A stretch of 53,663 nucleotides of DNA from a virus (Duplodnaviria > Caudoviricetes), in the IMG/VR virus record IMGVR_UViG_3300037424_000334, positions 1-53,663 of that record; one strand, written 5' to 3'. Shown here in pieces: positions 34,049 through 42,831 of the stretch. Each line of letters begins with the position of its first letter. The first letter of the stretch is position 1. The notes under the pieces were generated by a model. The model was not told the DNA's origin and made no database searches. It saw nothing but the letters and a program-made list of their open reading frames with translations. The translations under genes and the position numbers were made by a program.

Positions 34049-34327
34049 ATGGACCTTACACCAACCATCATGCTGGTCGTCGCCTTCCTCACGAACGGCA
34101 CTCCGATTTACAGCGATTTCATTCTCCCCGAGGGGCACCCGTGCAACTTCGATGTCGCGGTGGACTACACTAAGCGCTTCACCGCAGCGTCCCTCGGCTC
34201 CGACTACTCGCTCCAGGAACTCGAAGGTGAGAAGCTGACGTACCTCTGCATCTCGATGCCAGCGGCTATCCCGCCCGGCCCGGCGATGGCTCCGCCCGCT
34301 CACATTCCGCAGGACGACGAAGCATAA
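34049..34327 (+). CDS. hypothetical protein, possibly exported
   Basis: AGGAGG RBS; hydrophobic N-terminus; two Cys; TTGCGG-18-TACACT upstream. Confidence 0.65.
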   Translation: MDLTPTIMLVVAFLTNGTPIYSDFILPEGHPCNFDVAVDYTKRFTAASLGSDYSLQELEGEKLTYLCISMPAAIPPGPAMAPPAHIPQDDEA

Positions 34328-34391
34328 TAGTATATCAAGCACGCGCTTTGATATACGGAACTGTATCATGGACCCAAGAGGAGTTCTCGTC

Positions 34392-34523
34392 ATGGACACC
34401 ATCGGCAAAATTTGGAAAGAAGGCACGGACCTCGTAATGGCGTACCCGAGTGCCGCGCTCGGACTGGCGCTCATCACCATCGGGCGCTGGATCGTGCAAG
34501 CCCTCATCTGGCTGTTCAGCTAA
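34392..34523 (+). CDS. 43-aa membrane peptide (absent from ORF track)
   Basis: GAGGAG RBS; MDTIGKIWKEGTDLVMAYPSAALGLALITIGRWIVQALIWLFS. Confidence 0.6.
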   Translation: MDTIGKIWKEGTDLVMAYPSAALGLALITIGRWIVQALIWLFS

Positions 34524-34532
34524 GAGGTCGCC

Positions 34533-34898
34533 ATGCCCCCGTTCCTCACCCTCGTCTTCGGACGACTCCTCGGCGCGAAGTGGTGGCTTCTGGCCATCGC
34601 TGTGACGGCGGCTGCGTCCTACGGGATCGGCTACATCGCCGCGCAGAAGCACTCGGAAGGCGTCCTCGCCGACAAGGTGATGGAGGGCTATGCGCGCGGC
34701 GTCGAGGCCCAGCGCAAGTTCGACGAGAAGGACCGCCAGGATGCCCGTGAGGACGCCGCAAAGCGCGAGGCAGCCAACGAGACACGCGAGGCGAAGCTGC
34801 GTGAGATCATCGCCACCCTGCCCACCCTGGTGCCCCGTAACGCGGCCTGCAAGCTCAGCGTTGATGCCGTGAAGCGGCTGAACGAGGTCGCCAAATGA
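34533..34898 (+). CDS. i-spanin (Rz-like)
   Basis: N-terminal TM, coiled coil, C-terminal C.L....V..LNE. Confidence 0.8.
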   Translation: MPPFLTLVFGRLLGAKWWLLAIAVTAAASYGIGYIAAQKHSEGVLADKVMEGYARGVEAQRKFDEKDRQDAREDAAKREAANETREAKLREIIATLPTLVPRNAACKLSVDAVKRLNEVAK

Positions 34899-35161
34899 GC
34901 CCGAGCGTTTTCCTCCGCCTGCTGTTCCTCTCCGTCTTCTCCGTGGCGTTGTTCGGCTGCGCACATGAAGTCCCCGTCGTGCTGCCGCCGCAGAAGTGCC
35001 ATCCCGCCGACGATCTGCCGCCCAACAAGTCCATCTCCATCGTACCCGAGCGCGAGCTTGAGAACGACGAAGTTTTCGCGGCGTGGCTCGGCGACCGTGG
35101 CCTGTGGGCGAAAGACGTGCAGGACTACAATTCGTTGTACCGGCAGTGCGTAGGGGACTGA
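34895..35161 (+). CDS. o-spanin (Rz1-like lipoprotein)
   Basis: Signal peptide with LFGC lipobox; Pro-rich; follows i-spanin. Confidence 0.8.
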   Translation: MSPSVFLRLLFLSVFSVALFGCAHEVPVVLPPQKCHPADDLPPNKSISIVPERELENDEVFAAWLGDRGLWAKDVQDYNSLYRQCVGD

Positions 35162-35162
35162 G

Positions 35163-35426
35163 ATGGCCAACGAAATCGACATTGAAGTCCAACGGAGCCT
35201 TGGACGCATCGAAGGCGTTCAGGAGCAAATCCTGAATGAGTTGAAGGCGACCCGAGAGTCCCTGGCCGCGCACATCGCGTCCGACGCCAAGGAGTTCAAC
35301 GCGCTCAAAGCCGACCGTGACCGCGCAAAGGGCGCTGGCTGGGTCATCCTCGGGATGCTGGGCTCACTCGCTGCGTTCGTCGGCAGCGCAGTTGTGGCCG
35401 TGCTCGGCGGCTGGCTGAAGTTCTAA
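35163..35426 (+). CDS. membrane protein (coiled coil plus C-terminal TM), holin/antiholin-like
   Basis: LGRIEG motif; KGAGW followed by TM; last + strand gene. Confidence 0.6.
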   Translation: MANEIDIEVQRSLGRIEGVQEQILNELKATRESLAAHIASDAKEFNALKADRDRAKGAGWVILGMLGSLAAFVGSAVVAVLGGWLKF

Positions 35427-35632
35427 CGAGTCGCCTTCGACTTCACTTTCCACAGAGCCGTGCCACCTCCCATGTGCGGAGCGTTAGCGACGACGTTCAC
35501 GTTCTGGCTCGTGATGTAGTCGGCCAGCTTTGTGATCTCGTCCGGCATCAAGTCATTTGCGGACACGGCGATGTCCACACTGACGGCGCGGTCTTTTATG
35601 ACGAGTTGAACGCGGCGGCGAATCGTCTTCAT
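35423..35632 (-). CDS. hypothetical protein
   Basis: Convergent stop overlap with the + strand gene. Confidence 0.6.
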   Translation of the reverse strand: MKTIRRRVQLVIKDRAVSVDIAVSANDLMPDEITKLADYITSQNVNVVANAPHMGGGTALWKVKSKATR

Positions 35633-35901
35633 TTCGGTTCTCCTTCAAGGTAGGCCACCACGACATCGAGGTGACAGTCCAGCGGTTTGCAGTGACATCC
35701 GAGTCGCTTTCCGCGCAGTCCTTCGACATATCGGCGGAACGTGTCGTCCACACGTACACGTTTGGAAAAATCGTCGGCGAAAAGAGCGATGGCCACTCGT
35801 CGCGTCCGGCGTCCGTTAGAAAACCGGTTTCCGAGAGGAGTGCCGCGACCGCAGTATACGTCAGCGGATTCTCGTGAGATATTAACGGCACGGGTTTTCA
35901 C
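35629..35901 (-). CDS. DUF4326 family protein
   Basis: DVYCGR...GN.F; LRGK.LGC.CKP..CH.DV; GTG start inferred. Confidence 0.85.
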   Translation of the reverse strand: MKTRAVNISRESADVYCGRGTPLGNRFSNGRRTRRVAIALFADDFSKRVRVDDTFRRYVEGLRGKRLGCHCKPLDCHLDVVVAYLEGEPK

Positions 35902-36127
35902 GGACGCCGCCGAAGTCCCACTCATGAACCAGGAACAGAATGCAGAGCCACTCGTTGAGCGGGATGTCGTCGAGGTTCGTGCGGTCGAAGCCCGGCTTGC
36001 TCCAGGTCCAGTCGTCATGCAGCGTCCAGCCCTTGTTCTCCAGGAACATCGTCGGCCCGCTGTCGCAGATACGGTCGCCGAACATCTTCCCCATTTCGTC
36101 GCGGAGCGCGTCAGATGCTTGGGGCAC
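35882..36127 (-). CDS. hypothetical protein
   Basis: Coupled ORF, Trp-rich. Confidence 0.6.
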   Translation of the reverse strand: MPQASDALRDEMGKMFGDRICDSGPTMFLENKGWTLHDDWTWSKPGFDRTNLDDIPLNEWLCILFLVHEWDFGGVRENPCR

Positions 36128-36317
36128 GGTCGTCCTCTTTCTCCAGGATGCAGTAGAACTGGTTCACCATCCCTGGATTGTTCACGTTCGCGGACTTGCG
36201 CTCGAACGCCTGCTTGAGCCGCCAACCATCGGAGGCCAAGTCATTGAGCGTGGGGCTCAGTTCCGTCTCGGGGATGAGGGCCGTTGTGTATCGCTTGCTC
36301 ACGACAGCATCGCCCAT
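36111..36317 (-). CDS. DUF4177-like small protein
   Basis: LNDLASDGWRL motif. Confidence 0.6.
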   Translation of the reverse strand: MGDAVVSKRYTTALIPETELSPTLNDLASDGWRLKQAFERKSANVNNPGMVNQFYCILEKEDDRAPSI

Positions 36318-36532
36318 GCGAATACACCTACGGAAATGATGATAGCGGCCCACATGAGGAACCGGCCAAAGCCGTCTTCCGCCTGCTGCGTGGTGCAGAC
36401 CATCGACGACGGGTTGAAATGCGCCCGTTCCTCCTCGGCACGGATGTAGTCGTATGACTTGCTGCATCCGTTGCAGCGCATGAGTCCTTCGCCGGACTCA
36501 TAGAATCCAGTGTTGTGTTCACAGCTTTGCAT
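36299..36532 (-). CDS. small Zn-finger plus TM protein
   Basis: CEH...CNGC; C-terminal hydrophobic helix. Confidence 0.55.
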   Translation of the reverse strand: MQSCEHNTGFYESGEGLMRCNGCSKSYDYIRAEEERAHFNPSSMVCTTQQAEDGFGRFLMWAAIIISVGVFAWAMLS

Positions 36533-37121
36533 TAGCACGATCCTCCGAGGCCATAAGGTCCAAAGCGTTGGTGATGATTGCTTGCAGTTCGGCTGGGGTC
36601 GCCTTGCGAACTTCGGCGCTGTCCCACCGCTCCCGATAGTATACGTTAGCGATCTCCTTGTCATCCCAGCGCCGGATGACCGTGATCGTGCCGTTGATTG
36701 CCGATGTGAGGTGGACTTCTTCGGCCTGCTGCGTGTAGGTCTGGCCGGGCCTGTACGTCTCGGTGGGCATCGGAGTCAGCATCACCTTCGAAGGCTCGCC
36801 GACAATGCAGCTACCGACGCCGCACTTGATCGGTTGCTTGGTGAACACCGCGCCGCCCCACGCATCAGCGGATACCGGTTGCTCGTGGTACCGGATGTTG
36901 CAAAGCTCGCCGGAGATGATCCCGGACTTGAAGCTCCACGGGTGGCTGTGATGGCGCGCGTCGTTCACCCACCGGAAGCGGTCGTCCCAAATGTGCAGGC
37001 GGTAGCCGTTGCCGAGTGGGAGCCGCAGCATCCCGAGTCCCTGGATGGTCCATTGATCGCTCTCGACAGAAATGGTGTGCCTAGCCAGAGCCCGGATGTT
37101 CTCGTCCTGAAAGATGCTCAT
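36519..37121 (-). CDS. cupin-fold (cysteine-dioxygenase-like) protein
   Basis: RLHIW...H.HPW.F.S.I..G.L.N; distal H in EEVH. Confidence 0.65.
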   Translation of the reverse strand: MSIFQDENIRALARHTISVESDQWTIQGLGMLRLPLGNGYRLHIWDDRFRWVNDARHHSHPWSFKSGIISGELCNIRYHEQPVSADAWGGAVFTKQPIKCGVGSCIVGEPSKVMLTPMPTETYRPGQTYTQQAEEVHLTSAINGTITVIRRWDDKEIANVYYRERWDSAEVRKATPAELQAIITNALDLMASEDRANAKL

Positions 37122-37345
37122 ACGCCCTCCTTGTGGAACGTCGTTTCGGCTTTCAGCACTGTTGCGATCTCGAACAGACAGTCCTCCTCGAACAGCGTGT
37201 TCGGTGCCGGGAAGAACCCGTATTTGCGCCAGCCGGGGTGCCAGCGAATCTCGCCTAGCACATGCCCGCCGCCCCACACTTCCCAAATCTTGGTTTTGCC
37301 GGACGGGCTGTTGGACTTGAACTCGAATTTAAGGTAGTTCTTCAC
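37118..37345 (-). CDS. hypothetical protein
   Basis: KTKIW.V..LGEIRW...WRKY.F.P motif; GTG start. Confidence 0.65.
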   Translation of the reverse strand: MKNYLKFEFKSNSPSGKTKIWEVWGGGHVLGEIRWHPGWRKYGFFPAPNTLFEEDCLFEIATVLKAETTFHKEGV

Positions 37346-38238
37346 AGCCCCATGTCCTCCGCCGGTCGGAGGCCGTCGAACACGCACGAGCGCGGAACGT
37401 CGTAGCCTCCCACGTCAATGAATTTGATGCGCGCGTACATCTTCATGATGATGTTCTCGCGGTCGTTCCACATCTCCTCGCGGTCATACGCGGTGAAGCC
37501 GGTGCCGCATTCGAATGGTCGCGGCCACCGTGTCAGATCGCTGAGGATGAGCGTGCCCATGCGGCCCTTGCCGGTCTTGCCCGCCTTTGCGCTCGACCGC
37601 TTCGCCTTGCCGCGCTCGTCGCGCGTGGCCTCGTTGTTGTTCTTCATCTCCTCGGTCATGCCGATAATCATAGCCTCGGTGTTCTCCCAAGGCTTCACTT
37701 TCAGCATTCCCGCTTCCTTGAGCGTGGAGCGCCCGAACTTGTACGGCGCGTCGGCGCGGCGCAGGATGAGCCCTTCGTGGCCGCTCGCAACGGCCTTCTC
37801 GAACAGGGTCTTCACCTCGGCGGCGCTGTGGACGACGTACTGTTCGACGAGCACCGCCCAGTCCGGCAGCAGATTCAGGAGAAACAGATTGGACAAATGC
37901 AAATGCCTCTCCTCGAACGATCCCGGATGATCGTATTTGTCGAACACGAAGAACTTGAAGTCCACTACCGCATCAGCCTTCCGGAGCTTGCTCACGGTCG
38001 CGCGGAAATCCACTGCCCCGTTGCTGCCGACGACTCCGATCTCACCGTCCAGACCCGCCGGGAGCGTGCTCAGCAGCTTCTCGACGTGCAGTGTGGTGAA
38101 GCGCTTCATCGAGCGTGTGCGCGGTCCGTGAGGCGTTATCACGCCGCGCATCCCGTCCATCTTGGTGGATGCGAGGAGCGGATACGGCAGCGCGCTGAGA
38201 TCGACCGTCTCGTTGAACGCGAGCATTGGTTCCTTCAT
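37342..38238 (-). CDS. ATP-dependent DNA ligase
   Basis: KMDGMR (motif I), LDGE, FFVFD, EGLILR, GRST, KVK. Confidence 0.93.
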   Translation of the reverse strand: MKEPMLAFNETVDLSALPYPLLASTKMDGMRGVITPHGPRTRSMKRFTTLHVEKLLSTLPAGLDGEIGVVGSNGAVDFRATVSKLRKADAVVDFKFFVFDKYDHPGSFEERHLHLSNLFLLNLLPDWAVLVEQYVVHSAAEVKTLFEKAVASGHEGLILRRADAPYKFGRSTLKEAGMLKVKPWENTEAMIIGMTEEMKNNNEATRDERGKAKRSSAKAGKTGKGRMGTLILSDLTRWPRPFECGTGFTAYDREEMWNDRENIIMKMYARIKFIDVGGYDVPRSCVFDGLRPAEDMGL

Positions 38239-38414
38239 GATTCTCTCCAGTACGGCGGCGTTGGGATAACCATCTCGCCCGGTGCTGCCGGGCAGAGCCG
38301 GTCACTGCGGCCATCGTCGTAGCCGTTCGTATAGCCGTTGTTGTACGACTGAACCCCTACGACATTGCCAGCCATGAAGGCGACCGCGAGCCAGAGCACG
38401 ATGGTGAGTTTCAT
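38235..38414 (-). CDS. small membrane protein
   Basis: N-terminal TM, Y..GY..G repeats. Confidence 0.55.
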   Translation of the reverse strand: MKLTIVLWLAVAFMAGNVVGVQSYNNGYTNGYDDGRSDRLCPAAPGEMVIPTPPYWRES

Positions 38415-38782
38415 GCGAGTCCCCGCCGCGATGGATTGAGCATGACGCCTGTGTTCGGCTCGACTGCAACGGCGCGGTCGTCCCACAGTTCGATCATTGC
38501 AAAGTCCTTGATGTTCGTCACCTTGAGCCGCATACCGATATGCTCGTCGCACCACTCGTGGATTGCATTTGTGATCGCGCATTGTCCGGCTGCCGCAACG
38601 CGCGGATTAGACTCAGCGATACGCGCCGTGAAAATGCGAACCTCATGGCCCTCAGCGATCCAACGCTTTACGCGCTCGACCATGGCAGGGATCGGAGGGC
38701 CGACGTGCTTCGAACCTTTCCATTCGGTGTAGTGCGCTAGAGTACCGTCTAGGTCAACTCCGATCCATCCGATGCTCGTCAT
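38411..38782 (-). CDS. HAD-superfamily phosphatase (PNK 3'-phosphatase-like)
   Basis: VDLDGTLA, FTAR, K, WDDRA. Confidence 0.88.
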   Translation of the reverse strand: MTSIGWIGVDLDGTLAHYTEWKGSKHVGPPIPAMVERVKRWIAEGHEVRIFTARIAESNPRVAAAGQCAITNAIHEWCDEHIGMRLKVTNIKDFAMIELWDDRAVAVEPNTGVMLNPSRRGLA

Positions 38783-39078
38783 ACCGGCAGTCCTCCGTTG
38801 CTGTGCGCGATCTCGGCGACAATCAATGAAGCCCGTTGTTCTCTAGCGATCTTCTCGCGCAGCCTGCGGATCGCAAGTTCCGCGTCGTCTAGCTCGCGCA
38901 GGAGCCAGTCGATGTTGGTCTCCTGTTGCTCGACCGGCAGCAGTGGGTTCACGCTGTCGTAGCCGAACGACATGATCTTGCCGATGGCCGACAGCACCTC
39001 TCCGAACTCCTCGACGAGATGTCCGAGGCGTTGGTCCTTCGTCTCGCGCAGCTTCACAAACTCGGGATTGGCCATCAC
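38779..39078 (-). CDS. MazG-like all-alpha NTP pyrophosphohydrolase
   Basis: LVEE.GE....IGK...FG; L..EL.D. Confidence 0.65.
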   Translation of the reverse strand: MMANPEFVKLRETKDQRLGHLVEEFGEVLSAIGKIMSFGYDSVNPLLPVEQQETNIDWLLRELDDAELAIRRLREKIAREQRASLIVAEIAHSNGGLPV

Positions 39079-39314
39079 TGCATTCCTTCTCTTATGATCC
39101 GGCGTAGGTTGGACCTGTTGTTCAGTAGGCTCCGAGGGTCTCCGGCTGGCGTGCCGGGATACACATGGAATCGCGACCGGCCATTCGGCAGGACGAACTC
39201 GACCGAGGGATGCTCGCCGCGCATCTTGAACTTGAACTCGATTACGCTGGCGCGGCCTAACTCTCCCAGTATCATGTCTTCGAACTCCCTGCGGCGGCGC
39301 TTGCTGCTACTCAT
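39075..39314 (-). CDS. HicA-like small protein
   Basis: GEH...TP.DPR...N.RS.LRR pattern. Confidence 0.5.
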   Translation of the reverse strand: MSSSKRRRREFEDMILGELGRASVIEFKFKMRGEHPSVEFVLPNGRSRFHVYPGTPAGDPRSLLNNRSNLRRIIREGMQ

Positions 39315-39910
39315 GCGGCGCTCCTCTGCGGGAAGCTGAGAATCTGCGCGTGCAGTGTCGGCACCGGCCCCGCGTTGTGCTCGCGCCGAACCTTCTCCTC
39401 GAAGTAGGCCTGCTTCGCGCCTTCCTGCTTCTTCATGATCTTGTCCAGCAACTCGTCGATGCTCTCGTCGTGCGGCAGGATGATCTGGCGCGGCGCTTCG
39501 AACGCGGGCCGGAAGTGGAACAGGTCCTCGAAGCCCTTCGGCATCGGTTCGCCGCAGTACGACACGACATGGGGGCGAGCGTCCACAGCGCGCCAGTCCA
39601 TCGGCCCACCCGGCAAGCTCCACGGCAGTTGAAGGTGCAGCCGGTGCGCGAGATTGATAGGGAGTTTGATGTCGTGGCGCTCCTCGAATCTCATACGCTG
39701 GTAGTCCCACTCCTCGATCCGAGTGAGCCCTTCAACTTGATGCTGCCGATGGCGGATTGCGATCCCCATCTCGCGCATCGAAGGGTCTTGGTGCGCGCTG
39801 ATCTCCCAGCCGTACTGTTGCAAGCGCAAAGTGTTGGTACTCCAGCCCGCCCACTCAAGAGCGATAGGCTGCCCCATGATACGTGGGCCGGAGTAACCAT
39901 CACCGTACAT
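39311..39910 (-). CDS. hypothetical protein
   Basis: WAGW...T..LQ..GW; RBS GGAG. Confidence 0.7.
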   Translation of the reverse strand: MYGDGYSGPRIMGQPIALEWAGWSTNTLRLQQYGWEISAHQDPSMREMGIAIRHRQHQVEGLTRIEEWDYQRMRFEERHDIKLPINLAHRLHLQLPWSLPGGPMDWRAVDARPHVVSYCGEPMPKGFEDLFHFRPAFEAPRQIILPHDESIDELLDKIMKKQEGAKQAYFEEKVRREHNAGPVPTLHAQILSFPQRSAA

Positions 39911-39914
39911 GCGC

Positions 39915-40100
39915 CTACTCCGCGCCGATGGTGGCGAGGAGAACTTCGTGAGCACGCCGAGCCTGCGCGAGGACGGCTTCCGCCTTCGCGATGGTCTCCA
40001 ACGACGCCTTGATCTTCGTCTTCGCGGCCTTGACGGCTTCGGCGCGAATCTCGTCGAGAGCGTCCTTCTCGACTTGCTTGATGTCCCCAAGAATGCTCAT
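39915..40100 (-). CDS. small coiled-coil protein
   Basis: RBS AAGGTG; helical sequence. Confidence 0.6.
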   Translation of the reverse strand: MSILGDIKQVEKDALDEIRAEAVKAAKTKIKASLETIAKAEAVLAQARRAHEVLLATIGAE

Positions 40101-40114
40101 GCTACACCTTCCTT

Positions 40115-40333
40115 TCAGTTCCAGTGGATTTGGATTGTGAACGGCAGCACGCGCTTCCACCATGGGCGTGCTCTCCGTGCGCGAATGCGCTCCTTCACGA
40201 CTGCAACGCGGGCCTTATGGGTCTCCTCGGCAAGCTCTTGCTCGGCTTCGCGGATGGCTTTGCCGAGAGGACTGTCCGGATGAGCCGTGCCCCCGTTGTA
40301 GTCACTGATAAGCGGCGAAGCCGGATTGCCCAC
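40115..40333 (-). CDS. hypothetical protein
   Basis: Fills gap in the operon. Confidence 0.55.
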   Translation of the reverse strand: MGNPASPLISDYNGGTAHPDSPLGKAIREAEQELAEETHKARVAVVKERIRARRARPWWKRVLPFTIQIHWN

Positions 40334-40335
40334 GG

Positions 40336-40581
40336 CTAGCTCCGCATTCCGAGCGCGGAGAGATAGAGGTCGAGGACCGCTTCCTGTTCCTGGCGCTCGG
40401 CCCTGTCGAGAGCGCGCAGACGAACGACCTGACGCAGAATCTTCGTGTCGAAGCCGTGGCCCTTCGCCTCCGCATAGACTTCACGGATGTCGGCTGAGAG
40501 CGCCTTCTTCTCCTCTTCGAGCTTTTCAATGCGCTCGACAATGGACTGCAATTGCCCTGCGGCGAAACCTGACTTTGCCAT
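40336..40581 (-). CDS. gapR: GapR/DUF2312 nucleoid-associated protein
   Basis: [50 protein letters not shown]. Confidence 0.93.
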   Translation of the reverse strand: MAKSGFAAGQLQSIVERIEKLEEEKKALSADIREVYAEAKGHGFDTKILRQVVRLRALDRAERQEQEAVLDLYLSALGMRS

Positions 40582-40593
40582 GCTACCCTCCTG

Positions 40594-41196
40594 TTAGAAC
40601 ACGTTGCCTTCTTGCAAGTGTTCGGTTCCCAACTTTGCGCGAGCGTCTGCTGCCCGCTGTTTCCAGACGGTATCGTGGATCGTGAACGCGGCCTTGCGCA
40701 CCTCCGGCGGATACTTGTCGAGGAGCGCCTGCACTTTGAGGTGCGCTTCCGCCATCAGCTTGTCGAAGTCCTTGGCGCTCGGCGCGCGGTCGTCCTCCCA
40801 GTTGCCTTCGAGCATTCCGTCACGGAGCACCATGAGGGACGCGATGGCCTTGTCGATATGGTTCAGGCCGGAGTCCGGGTCGATGTCCTCGCCCTCCTGC
40901 CACGGCATGAGGTGGCCGCAGACCACGGCGTCGATATAGACCGACGCGCGGATGCCCGCGATGCGGTAGTTGTGCCGCCCGTACTTGAGCGCGCCTTCGA
41001 GCATGGCGATGCCGACGTTGACGAGCACGCGCAGCGGCAGGATGGAGAACCAACGCGCCTTGCGCATCCCCACCGCGTCTTTCGGGTTCGACGGCTTGCG
41101 GTCCCCCGTGGCCGTCTCGTTATTGGCGCGGCGACGAAGTTCGTCCAGTTCGTCCTTCGTCAATGCGGGTTCCCCCGAATGATTTGGTCCAACCAT
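40594..41196 (-). CDS. dATP/dGTP diphosphohydrolase (DUF5664)
   Basis: NPKD..G..K; GA.KYG..N.R; W..GED.DPDSGL.H. Confidence 0.85.
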   Translation of the reverse strand: MVGPNHSGEPALTKDELDELRRRANNETATGDRKPSNPKDAVGMRKARWFSILPLRVLVNVGIAMLEGALKYGRHNYRIAGIRASVYIDAVVCGHLMPWQEGEDIDPDSGLNHIDKAIASLMVLRDGMLEGNWEDDRAPSAKDFDKLMAEAHLKVQALLDKYPPEVRKAAFTIHDTVWKQRAADARAKLGTEHLQEGNVF

Positions 41197-41706
41197 CTAC
41201 TTCGTCCTCGGATCGTAAGTGAGTTTGTTCATGTTCTTCTGGAGGACTTCGCGGAAGTCGATGCCCAACTCCCGCATCAAGTTGAACGCATACCAGAAAC
41301 CGTCGCCGAGTTCAAGAACCAATTTGTCGCGGCGCTCTGGATTCATCGTGTCCTTCCTCGCGTGGTCATGGAAGTAGACCTTCTTGAGGACATCATCAGC
41401 CTCACCGAACTCGCCCGCGATACCGAAACCGGCCAGCAGGATGCGGTCGTCTCCCGCGTTGCCGGTTACGGACGGGTTGCGAATCTCGCCGCTGTAGTCG
41501 ATGAACAGCCCATACCAGCGCATGAACTCCTCCAGATCGAACGCATTGCGAGCCCTGAAGGCGTAGGTGTAGAGCACGCGGCGCGAACGCTTGAAGCGGT
41601 CCAGCGCGTCCGGGCCATGCTCCTTGAACTCAGCAGCCTCGATGGCCGCGATTTGCTCCTTGGTCTCGCGACCGGTCAAGCCATAGACCTGTTCAATCTG
41701 CATCAC
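41197..41706 (-). CDS. MazG-like nucleotide pyrophosphohydrolase
   Basis: GIAGEFGE..D..KK; ELGD..WY; N..KL. Confidence 0.85.
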   Translation of the reverse strand: MMQIEQVYGLTGRETKEQIAAIEAAEFKEHGPDALDRFKRSRRVLYTYAFRARNAFDLEEFMRWYGLFIDYSGEIRNPSVTGNAGDDRILLAGFGIAGEFGEADDVLKKVYFHDHARKDTMNPERRDKLVLELGDGFWYAFNLMRELGIDFREVLQKNMNKLTYDPRTK

Positions 41707-41875
41707 CCTTCCCTCCCTTGTGCAGCGCCTTGTAGAACGCCTTCGACTTCTTGAGCGCGAGGACTTCCTGTTTCCGTGCCCGCGACAGGGCTCCGCGCTC
41801 AGCGTTGGTGCGGGGCACCGCGTAAGTCCCTGCGGGACGCGAACTGCTGTGGTCTTCCGGAATGTCGTAGCCCAT
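41693..41875 (-). CDS. small basic hypothetical protein
   Basis: Start overlaps the upstream stop. Confidence 0.45.
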   Translation of the reverse strand: MGYDIPEDHSSSRPAGTYAVPRTNAERGALSRARKQEVLALKKSKAFYKALHKGGKGDAD

Positions 41876-42135
41876 CAGATAACCTGTTCCCACACCGCTG
41901 CGCTTTTGCCGCTGGCGTTCGTGCGGCGAAGCCCGCTGTCTCGGATGAGGCCCTCCTTGCGAAGCTCAGAAAATCTCGGTTGGATAGCTGGCACAGGCTC
42001 CTTGAGAAGGGCTGCCGCCTCATGAACTGTGTACGACCCCTTCTGCAAAAGGCGCTCGATCTCACGTCGAAGTGTATCAGCACGACCGCTACCTTCAATG
42101 GCTTCGTGTGCTTGTGCGCTCGTATCCATTTTCAC
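41875..42135 (-). CDS. winged-helix DNA-binding protein
   Basis: T..E.A..L......IQPRFSEL...GLI.DSG.RR...SG..A.VW. Confidence 0.75.
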   Translation of the reverse strand: MKMDTSAQAHEAIEGSGRADTLRREIERLLQKGSYTVHEAAALLKEPVPAIQPRFSELRKEGLIRDSGLRRTNASGKSAAVWEQVI

Positions 42136-42689
42136 ATGCCCGGTGTGAGAAGTGAGTAGGCGATCTCCGCCGCGTGCTTGAGCGTCGGCACGACGTAACC
42201 GGCGCAGGCGCGGAGGAAAACGTGATCGTGCGGGTTCTTGATGATCGTGGAGCCCGGCCCGTCAATCGGATGGGGCTCGACCGCGATACTGCGCGCATCC
42301 TCCATCACCATGATGAGCGGCTTGCGGTAGGCGTGTGCGAAGCCGAACTCGACGCAGGTCCCAACGGACACCCGCTTCGCGCCGAGGAAGCACGCGATCA
42401 TCGCATCGCAATTGCGCACGTCGTTGTGATCGCGCGTCAGAATGCCGTGCGGTGTACCGAAGCCGTGGAGCGACTCGTAATCGGCGGTGCCGGAGATGCA
42501 CTGATCCTTTTCCAGAAACTCCTTCTCGCGCATCGGCGAGAAGCAATGCAGCCACGGGTTCGCGCCCACGCGCTCGAACTGAATTTGGAAAAGGATGTCG
42601 GCGAAGTCCTTGCGCCAGCCGTAGCGGGCGCTGTTGTAATCACAGCCCGTGATCGGCCCGGCAAGATAGATGGTCTTGTTCGGATACAT
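42132..42689 (-). CDS. nucleoside 2-deoxyribosyltransferase / nucleotide N-hydrolase family
   Basis: IYLAGPI; RD..DV..CD; S.GT..E.G.A. Confidence 0.85.
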   Translation of the reverse strand: MYPNKTIYLAGPITGCDYNSARYGWRKDFADILFQIQFERVGANPWLHCFSPMREKEFLEKDQCISGTADYESLHGFGTPHGILTRDHNDVRNCDAMIACFLGAKRVSVGTCVEFGFAHAYRKPLIMVMEDARSIAVEPHPIDGPGSTIIKNPHDHVFLRACAGYVVPTLKHAAEIAYSLLTPGM

Positions 42690-42692
42690 GGT

Positions 42693-42830
42693 TTACTCCG
42701 CTTTCCAGGGTTTCAAATTGCGATGAACGGCGAACCGGAAAGGACCGAGCGCCCAAAGGGTTTTGTCGCGGATGTCCCACCGACCCTTAGCCCATGAGAG
42801 CGGCACGAACACGATGCTGTAGCCTTGCAT
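42693..42830 (-). CDS. small hypothetical protein (45 aa)
   Basis: ATG 1 nt from the upstream stop; fills gap. Confidence 0.45.
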   Translation of the reverse strand: MQGYSIVFVPLSWAKGRWDIRDKTLWALGPFRFAVHRNLKPWKAE

Positions 42831-42831
42831 A

